DNA from: Lentimicrobiaceae bacterium
Lineage (GTDB): Bacteria; Bacteroidota; Bacteroidia; Bacteroidales; UBA4417
DNA length: 64,000 nt
Reading direction: 5' to 3'
NCBI GenBank assembly: GCA_031550085.1
Contig: JAVBOY010000022.1
Coordinates: 62,696 to 126,695, forward strand
Position numbers and translations under genes: made by a program. The notes under the pieces are model-generated. The model ran no database searches, was not told the origin of the DNA, and saw only the letters and a program-made list of their open reading frames with translations. Positions within the stretch are counted from its first letter, which is position 1. Each line of letters begins with the position of its first letter. Positions 1-10,300 of this stretch are shown here, in pieces.

Positions 1-363
1 GAGTATGTCATAAAACCCAGCGATGTGGGCACCATTTATTATATTTGTGTACCGCACGTAACCATGGGAATGAAAGGGCGGATTTTTGTAGAAGATGCCC
101 TGGGTGTGGAGCCTGCTGTTGCAGCAACTGCCCAATTGAAAGTGTTTCCGACTTTGACAACGGAAGGAGAAACGCTTACAATCGAGTTTCCGGAAGCCAA
201 ATTGATCCAGGTGGAGATCCTGAATATGCTGGGCGTAAAAATAAGCAGCCTGGAGACGAATGACTCAAAGGTGCTTATCCCGGTAACGTTTGGACGCGGG
301 GCGTACTTTGTCCGTGCCTCGGTTAACAACAAGACCTACATTAAGAAATTTGTTGTGAATTAA
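1..363 (+). CDS. 5'-truncated T9SS (type A CTD) secreted protein with a cupredoxin/plastocyanin-like domain
   Basis: Frame is open from base 1. YYICVPHVTMGMKG fits the C-x2-H-x4-M blue-copper ligand loop. C-terminus VFPT...NMLG...GAYFV...KKFVVN is a typical type A CTD. Confidence 0.75.
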   Translation, partial: EYVIKPSDVGTIYYICVPHVTMGMKGRIFVEDALGVEPAVAATAQLKVFPTLTTEGETLTIEFPEAKLIQVEILNMLGVKISSLETNDSKVLIPVTFGRGAYFVRASVNNKTYIKKFVVN

Positions 364-403
364 GTTTGGGAAAATGTTGGTCTGATTAAGGCGAAAATGG
401 AAA

Positions 404-429
404 AGAATCCTGCAAAGGGTTCTTTTTTT
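404..429 (+). terminator. Rho-independent terminator candidate
   Basis: aagaatcc-tgcaaa-gggttctt stem followed by a T run. Confidence 0.55.
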
Positions 430-591
430 GTTTTTGAATGAGTAAAGTTAAGGAACCAATAAGCCGCATCGTGGCGATATCTTGGGTAAAACGGATTCCG
501 TATCCCAACGATTGCGAAAAGTTTAAACAACCCTGGAGGAAAAAAACAGTTACTTTTGTTATCTTTTTAGAAGCAAGCATATTCTTTTTAT

Positions 592-1434
592 ATGAAGTTG
601 ATTTCGATTACGGCCGATTTATGGAAGGCCGACGGGGGAGCCACATTTGGCGTGGTACCCAAACGAATCTGGCAAAAAATAGCTGCGGCGGATGAAAACA
701 ATATGGTGGAAACCATCGACCGGGTATTGCTGATTGATACCGGCGACCGCAAAGTACTTGTTGATACGGGCATGGGTCGGAAGCGCGAACCGAAATATTA
801 TCATTACCGCTGTGTGGATCCGGAGGTTACTTTGGAAAAATCGTTGTTGCAGCTTCACTACAAGCCGGAAGAAATTACGGATGTGATTTTTACCCACTTG
901 CACGACGACCATGTGGGCGGAAGTACGTTCAATCATCAGGGTGAAACGAAATTGACGTTTCCCAACGCGAATTATTGGGTGTCCAAAGCTTGTTGGCAAA
1001 ACGTGATGAATCCGAATATGCGCGAAATGGCGTCCTATTTTCCCGATAACCTCTTGCCGTTAAAAGAAAGCGGAAAAATCCATCTTGTCGAGCAGGAAGG
1101 GGCTTTATTTCCGGATATCGAAATCCGCTTTTTCCATGGGCATACCGACGGGCAAATTATTCCGTTTATTCGTCGGCAAGGGAGAACCCTTGTGTTTTTA
1201 GCCGATTTTATTCCTTCTGCTGCCCATTTGCCTTTGCCGTACGTTCCGGCCTTCGATTTGCAGCCAGTGTTAACCATGAAAGAAAAACAGGCATTTTTTG
1301 CGGAAGCAATCCAGAATAACTACATCTTGTTTTTCCAGCACGACCGGGATCACGAATGTGTGACGTTAAAGCAAACGGAAAAAGGCGTTGCCGTCGATTC
1401 CGTATGCAAGCTTTCCGAATTACCGGGGAATTGA
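592..1434 (+). CDS. MBL-fold metallo-hydrolase (YtnP-like)
   Basis: DGGATFGVVPK N-terminus, THLHDDH, GHTDG and FQHD motifs. TACTTTTG -7 box at 551-558. Confidence 0.85.
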   Translation: MKLISITADLWKADGGATFGVVPKRIWQKIAAADENNMVETIDRVLLIDTGDRKVLVDTGMGRKREPKYYHYRCVDPEVTLEKSLLQLHYKPEEITDVIFTHLHDDHVGGSTFNHQGETKLTFPNANYWVSKACWQNVMNPNMREMASYFPDNLLPLKESGKIHLVEQEGALFPDIEIRFFHGHTDGQIIPFIRRQGRTLVFLADFIPSAAHLPLPYVPAFDLQPVLTMKEKQAFFAEAIQNNYILFFQHDRDHECVTLKQTEKGVAVDSVCKLSELPGN

Positions 1435-1464
1435 AAATTTCGATGCACTAAAAAATAGGAATCC

Positions 1465-2169
1465 ATGAATCAAGAACTGATTTTACAATTGAATCAAACG
1501 TTTGCCGGCAAGGCTCCGGGAGAAATTATTCCGGCTGTCGCCGCTTTGTTTCCCGGAAAAATCGCTTTTGCTACCAGTTTTGGCGCCGAAGACCAGGTGA
1601 TTACCCATTTAATTGCCAAATCGGGAGCAAACATCAAGTTGTTTACGCTCGACACGGGCCGCATGTTTCCGGAAACTTATGAAACCATGCACCGTACCGT
1701 AAGCCGGTATCAAGTTCCGATTCAAACCCTGTTTCCCGATCGGGAAGAAGTGGAAGCCATGGTAAACGAAAAAGGGATCAACCTTTTTTACGAGAGCATT
1801 GAAAACCGGAAACTTTGCTGCCATATCCGGAAAACGCAACCGTTGCAACGCGCCCTTCAGGGAATGGAGGCCTGGATTACCGGTTTGCGCCGCGAACAAT
1901 CGCCGACACGCCAGCATTTGGAAGTGGTGGAATGGGATTCGGTGAACCGGTTACTGAAAATAAATCCGTTGTGCGATTGGACGGAACCCCAGGTTTGGGA
2001 ATTTATTCATGCAAAGAACATTCCGTATAACAAACTGCATGACCAAGGTTTCCCGAGTATCGGTTGCCAGCCCTGTACCCGTGCGGTTGCGAAAGGCGAC
2101 GATATCCGTGCCGGGCGCTGGTGGTGGGAAAACCCGGATTCCAAAGAATGCGGATTGCACCAACAATAA
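1465..2169 (+). CDS. cysH: (Phospho)adenylyl-sulfate reductase, Fe-S (APS reductase) type
   Basis: SFGAED, LDTG, CC...SIGCQPCT, GRWWWE and ECGLH motifs. Confidence 0.92.
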   Translation: MNQELILQLNQTFAGKAPGEIIPAVAALFPGKIAFATSFGAEDQVITHLIAKSGANIKLFTLDTGRMFPETYETMHRTVSRYQVPIQTLFPDREEVEAMVNEKGINLFYESIENRKLCCHIRKTQPLQRALQGMEAWITGLRREQSPTRQHLEVVEWDSVNRLLKINPLCDWTEPQVWEFIHAKNIPYNKLHDQGFPSIGCQPCTRAVAKGDDIRAGRWWWENPDSKECGLHQQ

Positions 2170-2179
2170 GACGCTTCGG

Positions 2180-2213
2180 AAAAAATCCCGGAATCTTTGG
2201 TTCCGGGATTTTT
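2180..2213. terminator. Bidirectional terminator between convergent genes
   Basis: aaaaaatcccggaa...ttccgggattttt inverted repeat. Confidence 0.75.
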
Positions 2214-2235
2214 GATATAAAAGACGTTTTAAGGA

Positions 2236-3192
2236 TTATTTCGCGCCGTCGCTTGCAAAGTTGTTGTAGCTGTTTATCACTTCGCGGCGGTAAACTTTCA
2301 GGTTGTTGTAATACAAATCCAATTTGCTGTCGCTGGGCGAGTCTTTTTCCAATTCGGCTACCAAATCGGTCAGCGTTTTTAAAAACGATTCCAGATCGTC
2401 GTAATAGCCTGTATAGGCATCTTCATGAGAAAGAAGCGATACATTTTTCCCTTGGGTACTTTTGTTTTTGGCAACATTGGCTTTTAATGTTTCCATTTGC
2501 TTTTTCAGTTCCGTAAAATCCGGTGTTTCCTGATCGGTTTGATCTGAGAATTCATCGATAATCTGGTCGAACAATTTTAAATCGGTCTTCATCGGAATTA
2601 AAAATTGCGAGATCGGATCTTTCTTCAACAATTGCATTTCAGCGTCGTCTCCGGCATCCGAAGCAATGTTCGCTGCTTTACGCCAGGCTTGTCGGGTGGC
2701 AGTCAGATAGTATTCCAGACTGTCGTTGATGGCGGGGTAAGCCGCAAACTGGTCGCTGGCAAATTCTTTTCCTTCAAAATAAGTTTTCATCCGGGCCGAC
2801 CATTTTTCGAGCTTGTCTGTGGTTGCACGGGCTGCTTTCACTGCATTGGAGATTGCTGCTTTTTCCTTTACGGTAGCCGGAACGGCTTTTAATGCTTCGT
2901 CATACTTGTTAAAATATCCGACGGCAATCGGGAATGAGGCGCTGCCGTTCATGGAAACCGAATGGCTGGGATTGAAATTCTCTTTGTAGCGGTCATGCAG
3001 TTTTACGCCGTCGTCCAGGCGGTTTTGATAGTATTGGTACTGGTCGATGTATTTGTTGGAAATGTCAATGACCGTATTGGTCAAGCTGATCAGTTTCGAG
3101 GCGTTGATGTCGGAGGCCGATTGCTTTTGGACAAATGCTGTAACACTGCAAACAAGGATGGATAAAAGGAAAAGCGTTTTAAAGCGGTTCAT
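2236..3192 (-). CDS. Exported helical protein (YiiG/DUF3829-like, tentative)
   Basis: Signal peptide, YF...F..D.F motif, C-terminal INSYNNF. Family call is from memory. Confidence 0.5.
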   Translation of the reverse strand: MNRFKTLFLLSILVCSVTAFVQKQSASDINASKLISLTNTVIDISNKYIDQYQYYQNRLDDGVKLHDRYKENFNPSHSVSMNGSASFPIAVGYFNKYDEALKAVPATVKEKAAISNAVKAARATTDKLEKWSARMKTYFEGKEFASDQFAAYPAINDSLEYYLTATRQAWRKAANIASDAGDDAEMQLLKKDPISQFLIPMKTDLKLFDQIIDEFSDQTDQETPDFTELKKQMETLKANVAKNKSTQGKNVSLLSHEDAYTGYYDDLESFLKTLTDLVAELEKDSPSDSKLDLYYNNLKVYRREVINSYNNFASDGAK

Positions 3193-3363
3193 AAAGTTAA
3201 ATTTAATCAATAACGATTTGGAAAATTTTCAAAAGCAAAGGTAGTAGAAAATATGCCAAACCGGAAAATGAGTAGGCCAACCATTGAAATAATTCTTTTT
3301 TTCGTACCTATGTACTATGGATACCGGATATCCGTTGCTTCTGGAGCAATGTTTTACATAGCT

Positions 3364-3399
3364 AAAAAAAGGAACTGCTCCTTTGTGGGAGCAGTTCTT
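3364..3399 (-). terminator. Terminator of the EF-G2 gene
   Basis: gaactgctcc/ggagcagttc stem with a U tract on the minus strand. Confidence 0.75.
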
Positions 3400-3425
3400 A
3401 AAAACACAAAACAATAAAACACAAA

Positions 3426-5564
3426 CTATTCTTCGTCTTTTTCTTGTTCTTCGTAAGCTTTCAACAAGGCTTGCTGAACGTCGGTCGGTACTTGTTGGTA
3501 TTCGAAGAATGTCATCGTATAAGTCCCACGGCCGCTTGTGATCGAGCTTAAGGAAGTAGAATAGCGATTCATTTCTGCCAAAGGCGCTTTTACTTTAATA
3601 CGTTGGTAGATGCCTTCGCTTTCCATTCCCATTACAACCGCGCGGCGGCCTTGCAAGTCGGTCATCACGGCGCCCATATTATCGGCCGGAACAATAACGT
3701 CAATATCATAAATGGGTTCCAGAATTTTGGGCCCGGCATTTTTAAAAGCTTCGCGGAACGCATTCCGTCCGGCCAGTTTAAATGCCATTTCATTGGAATC
3801 AACCGGGTGCATTTTTCCGTCATAAATATTGACAACCAGGTCGCGGGCATAAGATCCGGTCAACGGACCTTCCTCCATTTTTTCCATAATTCCCTTTAAA
3901 ATAGCCGGCATAAAACGTGCATCAATTGTTCCGCCGACAATACAGCTGTTGAATACCAACTTACCGCCCCAAGCTAAATTGTGGGTCTCGGTGCCCCGAA
4001 CCGGATATTTGGTCTGATTCGGCATCCCGTCGTAGTAAGGTTCGATCAGCATGTGTACTTCACCGAATTGTCCCGATCCGCCCGATTGTTTTTTGTGGCG
4101 GTACATGGCTTCGGCATTTTTAGTAATGGTTTCGCGGTACGGAATCTTGGGCGCGTAGTATTCGATCGGAATTTTATGCTGGTTGTCGAAATACCATTTT
4201 ACGGTATTTAAATGAAGCTCGCCCTGGCCACGCAACAAAATTTGTTTTAATTCGCGGGAATACTCGATCAATAAGGTTTGGTCGGAGTTGTGCAGTTCGG
4301 CCAAAATGGCTCCGACTTTTTCGTCGTTCGATGAACTTACCGCTCTGATAGCGGTCGTGATTACCGGAGCCGGGTATTCGATGGCGGTCACCGAATCTTC
4401 GCTGTTCTTGGCTGTTGCCAGGGTGTGGTTGGTTTTTACATCTTTCAGTTTGATGGTGGTGATGATGTCACCGGCAACGGCTTTTTCAATTTTTTGACGG
4501 TTTTTACCCGCACAAACAAACAATTGCGAAATGCGTTCTTTGCTTTGGTTTTTGGTATTGATCAAATCTTGCGCTTCCGCGACTTCACCGTTCATCACTT
4601 TCATAAACGCCATTTCGCCCAGGTGCGGCTCAACCACTGTTTTAAATACAAACAACGTGGTCGGTTCCGAAGCATTGTATTTTAATTCTTTTCCGGATTC
4701 GGTTTTGCGGAAGAAATGAGTTTCGTCGGGAGCGGGGACATTGTTTACTACAAACTCCAACAAGCGGGCTACGCCGATATTTTCTTTTGCCGATGTGCAA
4801 AGCACTGGGAAAACGGAACGGTTGGCAATGCATAATTTCATGCCCCGGCGGATTTCTTCGATGGTCAGGTCGCCTTCACCAAAATATTTTTCCATCAAAT
4901 CATCGGCTCCGGAAGCAGCGGCTTCCACCAACGCTTCGCGGTATTTTTCAACTTTTCCTTGTTCGGAAGCGGGAATGTCCAATATTTCAGGTTTTCCGCC
5001 GCCTTTGGGATATTTCAAAAGTTTCATCAATGAAAGGTCGATCATGGAATCAAATCCAACTCCTGCATTCACAGGATATTGGGCGATCATCACTTTTTCG
5101 CCGAAATATTCTTTTAATTGGCGAATGGTTTCGTCAAAATTGGCTTTTTCGTGATCCAATTGGTTGACCGAGAAAATAAGCGGCGTATTGGTTTTTGCCG
5201 AATACCGGTAGGCCAATTCGGTCCCTACTTCAATCCCGTTTTGGGCATTCACAACGACTACGGCTGTTTCCATCACGTTGAGCGCGGTCACCAGCTCGCC
5301 GCAATAATCGGCAAAGCCCGGAACATCCAGGATGTTGATTTTGTGCCCGTTGAATTCGCTGTACAAAAGTGTGGATACTACCGAGTTTCTGCGGTCGATT
5401 TCGATATCGCGGTAGTCGGATACGGTATTTTTATCTTCTACGGTACCCCGGCGGCTAATGACGCCTCCTTCAAAAAGCATGGCTTCAGCCAGGGTCGTTT
5501 TGCCCGATTTTGCGCCTCCAATTAAAGCAATGTTTCTTATTTCATTTGTTTTATAAACCTTCAT
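3426..5564 (-). CDS. fusA2: Elongation factor G paralogue (EF-G2)
   Basis: EF-G architecture (PYRET, HKKQSGGSGQFG, HPVDSNEMAF) with degenerate G motifs (RRNSV, DVPGF, NQLD). -7 box at 5620-5627. Confidence 0.9.
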   Translation of the reverse strand: MKVYKTNEIRNIALIGGAKSGKTTLAEAMLFEGGVISRRGTVEDKNTVSDYRDIEIDRRNSVVSTLLYSEFNGHKINILDVPGFADYCGELVTALNVMETAVVVVNAQNGIEVGTELAYRYSAKTNTPLIFSVNQLDHEKANFDETIRQLKEYFGEKVMIAQYPVNAGVGFDSMIDLSLMKLLKYPKGGGKPEILDIPASEQGKVEKYREALVEAAASGADDLMEKYFGEGDLTIEEIRRGMKLCIANRSVFPVLCTSAKENIGVARLLEFVVNNVPAPDETHFFRKTESGKELKYNASEPTTLFVFKTVVEPHLGEMAFMKVMNGEVAEAQDLINTKNQSKERISQLFVCAGKNRQKIEKAVAGDIITTIKLKDVKTNHTLATAKNSEDSVTAIEYPAPVITTAIRAVSSSNDEKVGAILAELHNSDQTLLIEYSRELKQILLRGQGELHLNTVKWYFDNQHKIPIEYYAPKIPYRETITKNAEAMYRHKKQSGGSGQFGEVHMLIEPYYDGMPNQTKYPVRGTETHNLAWGGKLVFNSCIVGGTIDARFMPAILKGIMEKMEEGPLTGSYARDLVVNIYDGKMHPVDSNEMAFKLAGRNAFREAFKNAGPKILEPIYDIDVIVPADNMGAVMTDLQGRRAVVMGMESEGIYQRIKVKAPLAEMNRYSTSLSSITSGRGTYTMTFFEYQQVPTDVQQALLKAYEEQEKDEE

Positions 5565-5879
5565 GTTGATGCGTATGAAATTTATTAGTAATTCGACTAT
5601 GATTTTTCAGAAAAGGTCGCAAAGTTATTTATTTCTTTGTGATTTCCAAAGCATCGCAAAAAAAAATCTAATTTCATACAAGCCGCTCTGAGGCCTCGAA
5701 AATGTATATTTTTTTGGAAAAAAATCGTTTCCGGTTTGTTGTATTCGTCGGACGAGCGACATCTTCCGATTGGGGATCCAACCGCTTTCTTTGTTTTCTG
5801 ATTTTTTCTGGGATATTTCTTTGTAGCTTTGTCCCCGAAAATGGAAGCAAATACTCATTTTTACTCAAAAACACAACCC

Positions 5880-6695
5880 ATGTCAAAAAACGAAGTGATT
5901 ACCAAAATAACCACACGCCGGATTCAGGAAATGAAGCGCAAAGGCGAAAAAATATCCATGTTGACCGCCTATGATTATTCGATGGCACATTTGCTGGATC
6001 AGGCGGGAATCGATGTCATTTTAGTCGGCGATTCGGCTTCCAATGTGATGGCCGGGCATACTTCGACCTTGCCCATTACGCTGGATCAGATGATTTATCA
6101 TGGAGCCAGCGTGGTGCGTGGCGTAAAACGCGCTTTGGTTGTGGTGGATATGCCTTTTGGAACTTATCAGGGTAATTCGCTGGAAGCGTTGCAATCGGCG
6201 ATTCGAATTATGAAAGAAACCGGAGCCGAGGCGGTTAAACTGGAAGGTGGATTGGAAGTGATTGAGTCGGTAAATCGCATTGTATCTGCCGGCATTCCGG
6301 TGATGGGGCATTTGGGTTTAACCCCTCAATCCATTAACAAATTCGGGACCTATGCCGTCCGTGCTGCCGATGCGGAAGAAGCCGAAAAGCTGCAAAACGA
6401 CGCCAAATTGTTGGAAGAAGCCGGATGTTTTAGTATTGTGTTGGAAAAAATTCCGGCAACCCTGGGACAAAAAGTATCGGAAGCCCTCCAGATTCCTTTG
6501 ATCGGTATCGGTGCCGGAAACGGTGTGGATGGGCAAGTGTTGGTCTTGCACGATATGCTGGGCATTACCACCGATTTTTCGCCCCGTTTTTTGCGGAGGT
6601 ATAACAATTTCGGAGACCAGGTGATTTCGTCGGTTCAGAATTATATTGAAGACGTGAAGTCCCAAAATTTTCCGAATGAAAAAGAACAGTATTGA
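5880..6695 (+). CDS. panB: 3-methyl-2-oxobutanoate hydroxymethyltransferase
   Basis: MLTAYD, LVGDS, VKLEGG and HLGLTPQ motifs. TAGCTTTG box at 5824-5831 favours the ATG at 5880. Confidence 0.95.
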   Translation: MSKNEVITKITTRRIQEMKRKGEKISMLTAYDYSMAHLLDQAGIDVILVGDSASNVMAGHTSTLPITLDQMIYHGASVVRGVKRALVVVDMPFGTYQGNSLEALQSAIRIMKETGAEAVKLEGGLEVIESVNRIVSAGIPVMGHLGLTPQSINKFGTYAVRAADAEEAEKLQNDAKLLEEAGCFSIVLEKIPATLGQKVSEALQIPLIGIGAGNGVDGQVLVLHDMLGITTDFSPRFLRRYNNFGDQVISSVQNYIEDVKSQNFPNEKEQY

Positions 6696-7378
6696 TGCTC
6701 GATATTCTATTTGAAGACAACCATTTGATTGCCGTCAACAAACGTCCCAAGCAACTGGTACAGGTTGATAAATCGGGCGATGTGTCGTTGGAAATTCTGG
6801 TAAAAGAATACATCAAACAAAAATATCAAAAACCGGGCGATGTTTTTTTAGGAGTCATTCACCGGATTGACCGTCCGGTGAGCGGAGTAACCCTTTTTGC
6901 CCGCACCAGCAAAGCGTTGGCGCGCATGAATGAAATGATGCAACAGCGTCAAATGAAGAAAACCTATTGGGCGATTGTGAAAACAAAACCTCCCCAAGAA
7001 TCGGATACATTGGTTCATTTCCTGAAGCGAAACGAAAAGCAAAACAAGACCTATGTGGTAAGCAAGGATACAGCGGGTGCCCAACAGGCGCAGCTTACCT
7101 ATAAATTAATCGGCGAAAGTAAGAGTTTCTATTTGCTGGAAATCGATTTACACACAGGGCGGCATCATCAAATCAGGACTCAATTGGCTGCTGTCGGTTG
7201 TCCCATCCGCGGCGACCTGAAATACGGGTTTGATCGCTCCAACGCAGATGGATCTATTTCGTTACATGCCGTCAAAATGGAATTTTTACATCCTGTGAAA
7301 AAAGAAAAGGTTTCCATTGAGGCGCCGCCTCCGCACGATTCCGTTTGGGAATATTTCAAAGCATCATTCCAGCAATAA
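6695..7378 (+). CDS. RluA-family RNA pseudouridine synthase
   Basis: HRIDRPVSG, TGRHHQIR, GDLKYG and LHA motifs. Confidence 0.9.
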   Translation: MLDILFEDNHLIAVNKRPKQLVQVDKSGDVSLEILVKEYIKQKYQKPGDVFLGVIHRIDRPVSGVTLFARTSKALARMNEMMQQRQMKKTYWAIVKTKPPQESDTLVHFLKRNEKQNKTYVVSKDTAGAQQAQLTYKLIGESKSFYLLEIDLHTGRHHQIRTQLAAVGCPIRGDLKYGFDRSNADGSISLHAVKMEFLHPVKKEKVSIEAPPPHDSVWEYFKASFQQ

Positions 7379-10300
7379 TACTGAGCCCCGGACGGTTTTT
7401 AGCTTATTTCCGGCACTTTTGTCGAGGTATTTAATCAGGTAAGTATAAACGCCAGACGGGCATTTTTCCCCTTTCGATTTTCCATCCCAACCGTCAGCAG
7501 GACTTTTTGTATCAAAAATAACTTCTCCCCATTTGTTGTAGATCTGCATTTGGAAATTGTTCTCAAAATCATTGTCCATTCCCGTGCAAATAATGCTGAA
7601 AACGTCGTTCATTCCGTCGCCGTTCGGTGTGAAAGCATTTGGGATCAAAAGTTTAGAATTTGAAAGGCTGCATAAAACAACCAACACCGAGTCGAAAGAT
7701 GCACAGGTGGCCGAAAGCGAAGCTTTTATCCAGTACCAGCCGATGTCCGGTACCGGGCAGGTTGGCGAATTGCTTCCGTTTTGCCATACATAAGGATCAC
7801 TGGATGGATCCGCTTCCAAAACCAAACCTTCGGCAAAGCAAAGCGTATCTTCTGCCATATTCAGCAAAACGTTGGGCCTGATTTCCGGAATATCGAAAGA
7901 AAGATTCCCATTATTTAAAAAGCAACCCTTGGCATCTTTTACAATAACAGCATGGGACTTGGGCGCCAAACCGGTTTTTATATTTGTTTCCCAGGTGATT
8001 CCGCCATCATAAGAGTAATCATAAGGGGAAACTCCTCCTTGCACAAAAATGGCGAAAGAGCCGCCGTCTTTACATAAACTGGGAACGATACGGGTACTGT
8101 CGACCGCTAACGAATCCGGTTCCGTAATGGAAACAGTGCAGATGGCAATGCACCCGTCTTGGTCTGTAACCGTACAAATAAAGTCGCCTTTCGGTAAATT
8201 CGAAGCGAGGCTGTCGGTTTGCGCCGGGCTGGTATTCCAACTAAATATATATGGAGCGGAGCCGCTTCTTGCTTGTGTCAATGCCGATCCGTCGTTTTTT
8301 CCATAGCAGCTTATATTCTTTACATTACTGGGCTGAATGCTGGCCGTGAGGCTTGTCGTATTCGGCAGGGCCATACTTGTCGAATCGATGCAACCTATTG
8401 CATCTTTTATTTTTGCCATATAACTATTTGCCGGAAGCCCTGTAAACACGCCCGAACTGCTCCATGTAAGCCCTCCGTCGATGGAATATTCAAAAGGAGC
8501 CGTTCCGTAAACTGGGGCAATGGTAATTTCGCCATCACTTGCTGCGCAAGTGGCCGGAATAGTGAGAAGCGATATGACTATGATCCGCGAAGCTTGTGGC
8601 AAATAAACGCTGTTGGTATAGGTTTCAAGAGAAATATTATCGGTTACGGTAAAGGAATAGGTGCCTGAAACCAAATTGCTTAGGACATTGTTGAATTGTG
8701 GGGGAGACGTGTGCCATTGATAAGAGAAATCACCCGATCCGCCGCTGGCTTGCAAGGTTAGGCGGCCATTGTTTCCGCCGAAACAGCTTACCGTGTCCAC
8801 AAGTACATCAACCGTAAATGTGGAAGAAGTTGAACCGACTGTGGCAACAATCGTAAATTGGCAGGAATTGGCATCCCGTACCTCAAGGATGTATGAGCCT
8901 CCCGCCAGGTTCGCAAACAGATTGCTTGTTTGCCAATTGGTGCCATCGATCGAATACTGGTAGCCGGGAGTTCCTCCGGTAGCCGTTACGGTGATGCTGC
9001 CGTTGTTGAGGCCGATATCTGAAGGAGTGGTAGTTGTGGAAGCATCCAATACCGGCGGTTCGGTAATTGCGATATTTTCCGTTACACTACATCCGGTGGC
9101 ATCCGAAATCTGGCAGCTGTAATTTCCGGCGGCCAATCCCGTAGCGGCTTGCGATGAAGACACATTAGGTGTCCACTGGTAGGTGTAGGGCGGTATCCCG
9201 TCACTTGCGGTAACGGTAATTTCCCCGTCGGAATCGTTATAGCAGGAAACATTTTTTACTGTATGGCTTGATGCCAGCGTAGAAGCATCGTTGGCAACCA
9301 CCACGCTTTGGGCTGGAGTTTCGCAACCGTTGGCATCTTTCATTTTTACCAGATATGTTCCTGCCGCTAAATAGGAAAAAACGTTGTTGGGCTGCCAGAA
9401 AGTTCCGTTATTGTTCGAATATTGGTAGGGCGGTACGCCGCCCGATTCATTGGATATTGTGATCGATCCGTCGTTGTTTCCACACGAAGCATCGGTTGCA
9501 CTCTGTAAAAAACCAAGCTCCGGAGGCCCTGTTACATCAATATCAAAAATGATAGTGCATCCGGTGGCATCCGAAACTTCGCAATGGTAAACTCCAACCA
9601 CAAGCCCTGTAGCAATTTGAGAGGAAGAAACATTGGGCGTCCATTGGTAGGAGTAAGGCAAGGTTCCGTTGCTTGTGTTGATGACAATTTCTCCGTCAGA
9701 ACCGTTGAAACAGGTAAGATGCTGGACAGTGAAGGAGGCAGAGAAACCGGAAGTCGTATTGGTGATGGAAATATTTACCGCAGTTGTTTCGCAGGAATTG
9801 GCGTCTTTTACTTTTACGGGATAATTCCCGACAATTAAATTGAGAAAAACCGGAGAACTTTGCCAGGTTACTCCATTGTCTATTGAATACTGGTAAGGTG
9901 GCGTTCCGCCTGCTTCATTCGAGATGGTGATTGTGCCGTTGTCATTGAGGCAAAAAGTTTGTGTCGACGTATGCGAAAAGGTTATTTGCTGGGGATTTGA
10001 AATCGCAACATTTTCCGTAATGCTGCATCCGGTAGCATCCGAAATCTGGCAACTGTAATTTCCAGCCGAAAGACCTGTGGCAGTTTGGGTAGAGGAAACA
10101 TTGGGCGTCCATGCATAACTGTAGGGCAATGTTCCATTACTGGGTGACAGGGTAATGCTGCCGTCGGCTCCGTTATGACAGGAAATGGGCGTCGTTGTGA
10201 ACGTAGCGGAAAGGGTAGAACCGGTATTCGATATAGGAATATTTTGAGCGGTTGCTTCACATTGATTGGCATCTTTTATTTTGACCGGATAACTACCGGC

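Noticed and set aside
3330-3400. SAM-II-like GCTAAAAA motif
   Set aside because: The A run is the U tract of the minus-strand EF-G2 terminator; no SAM-II P1/L1 sequence.
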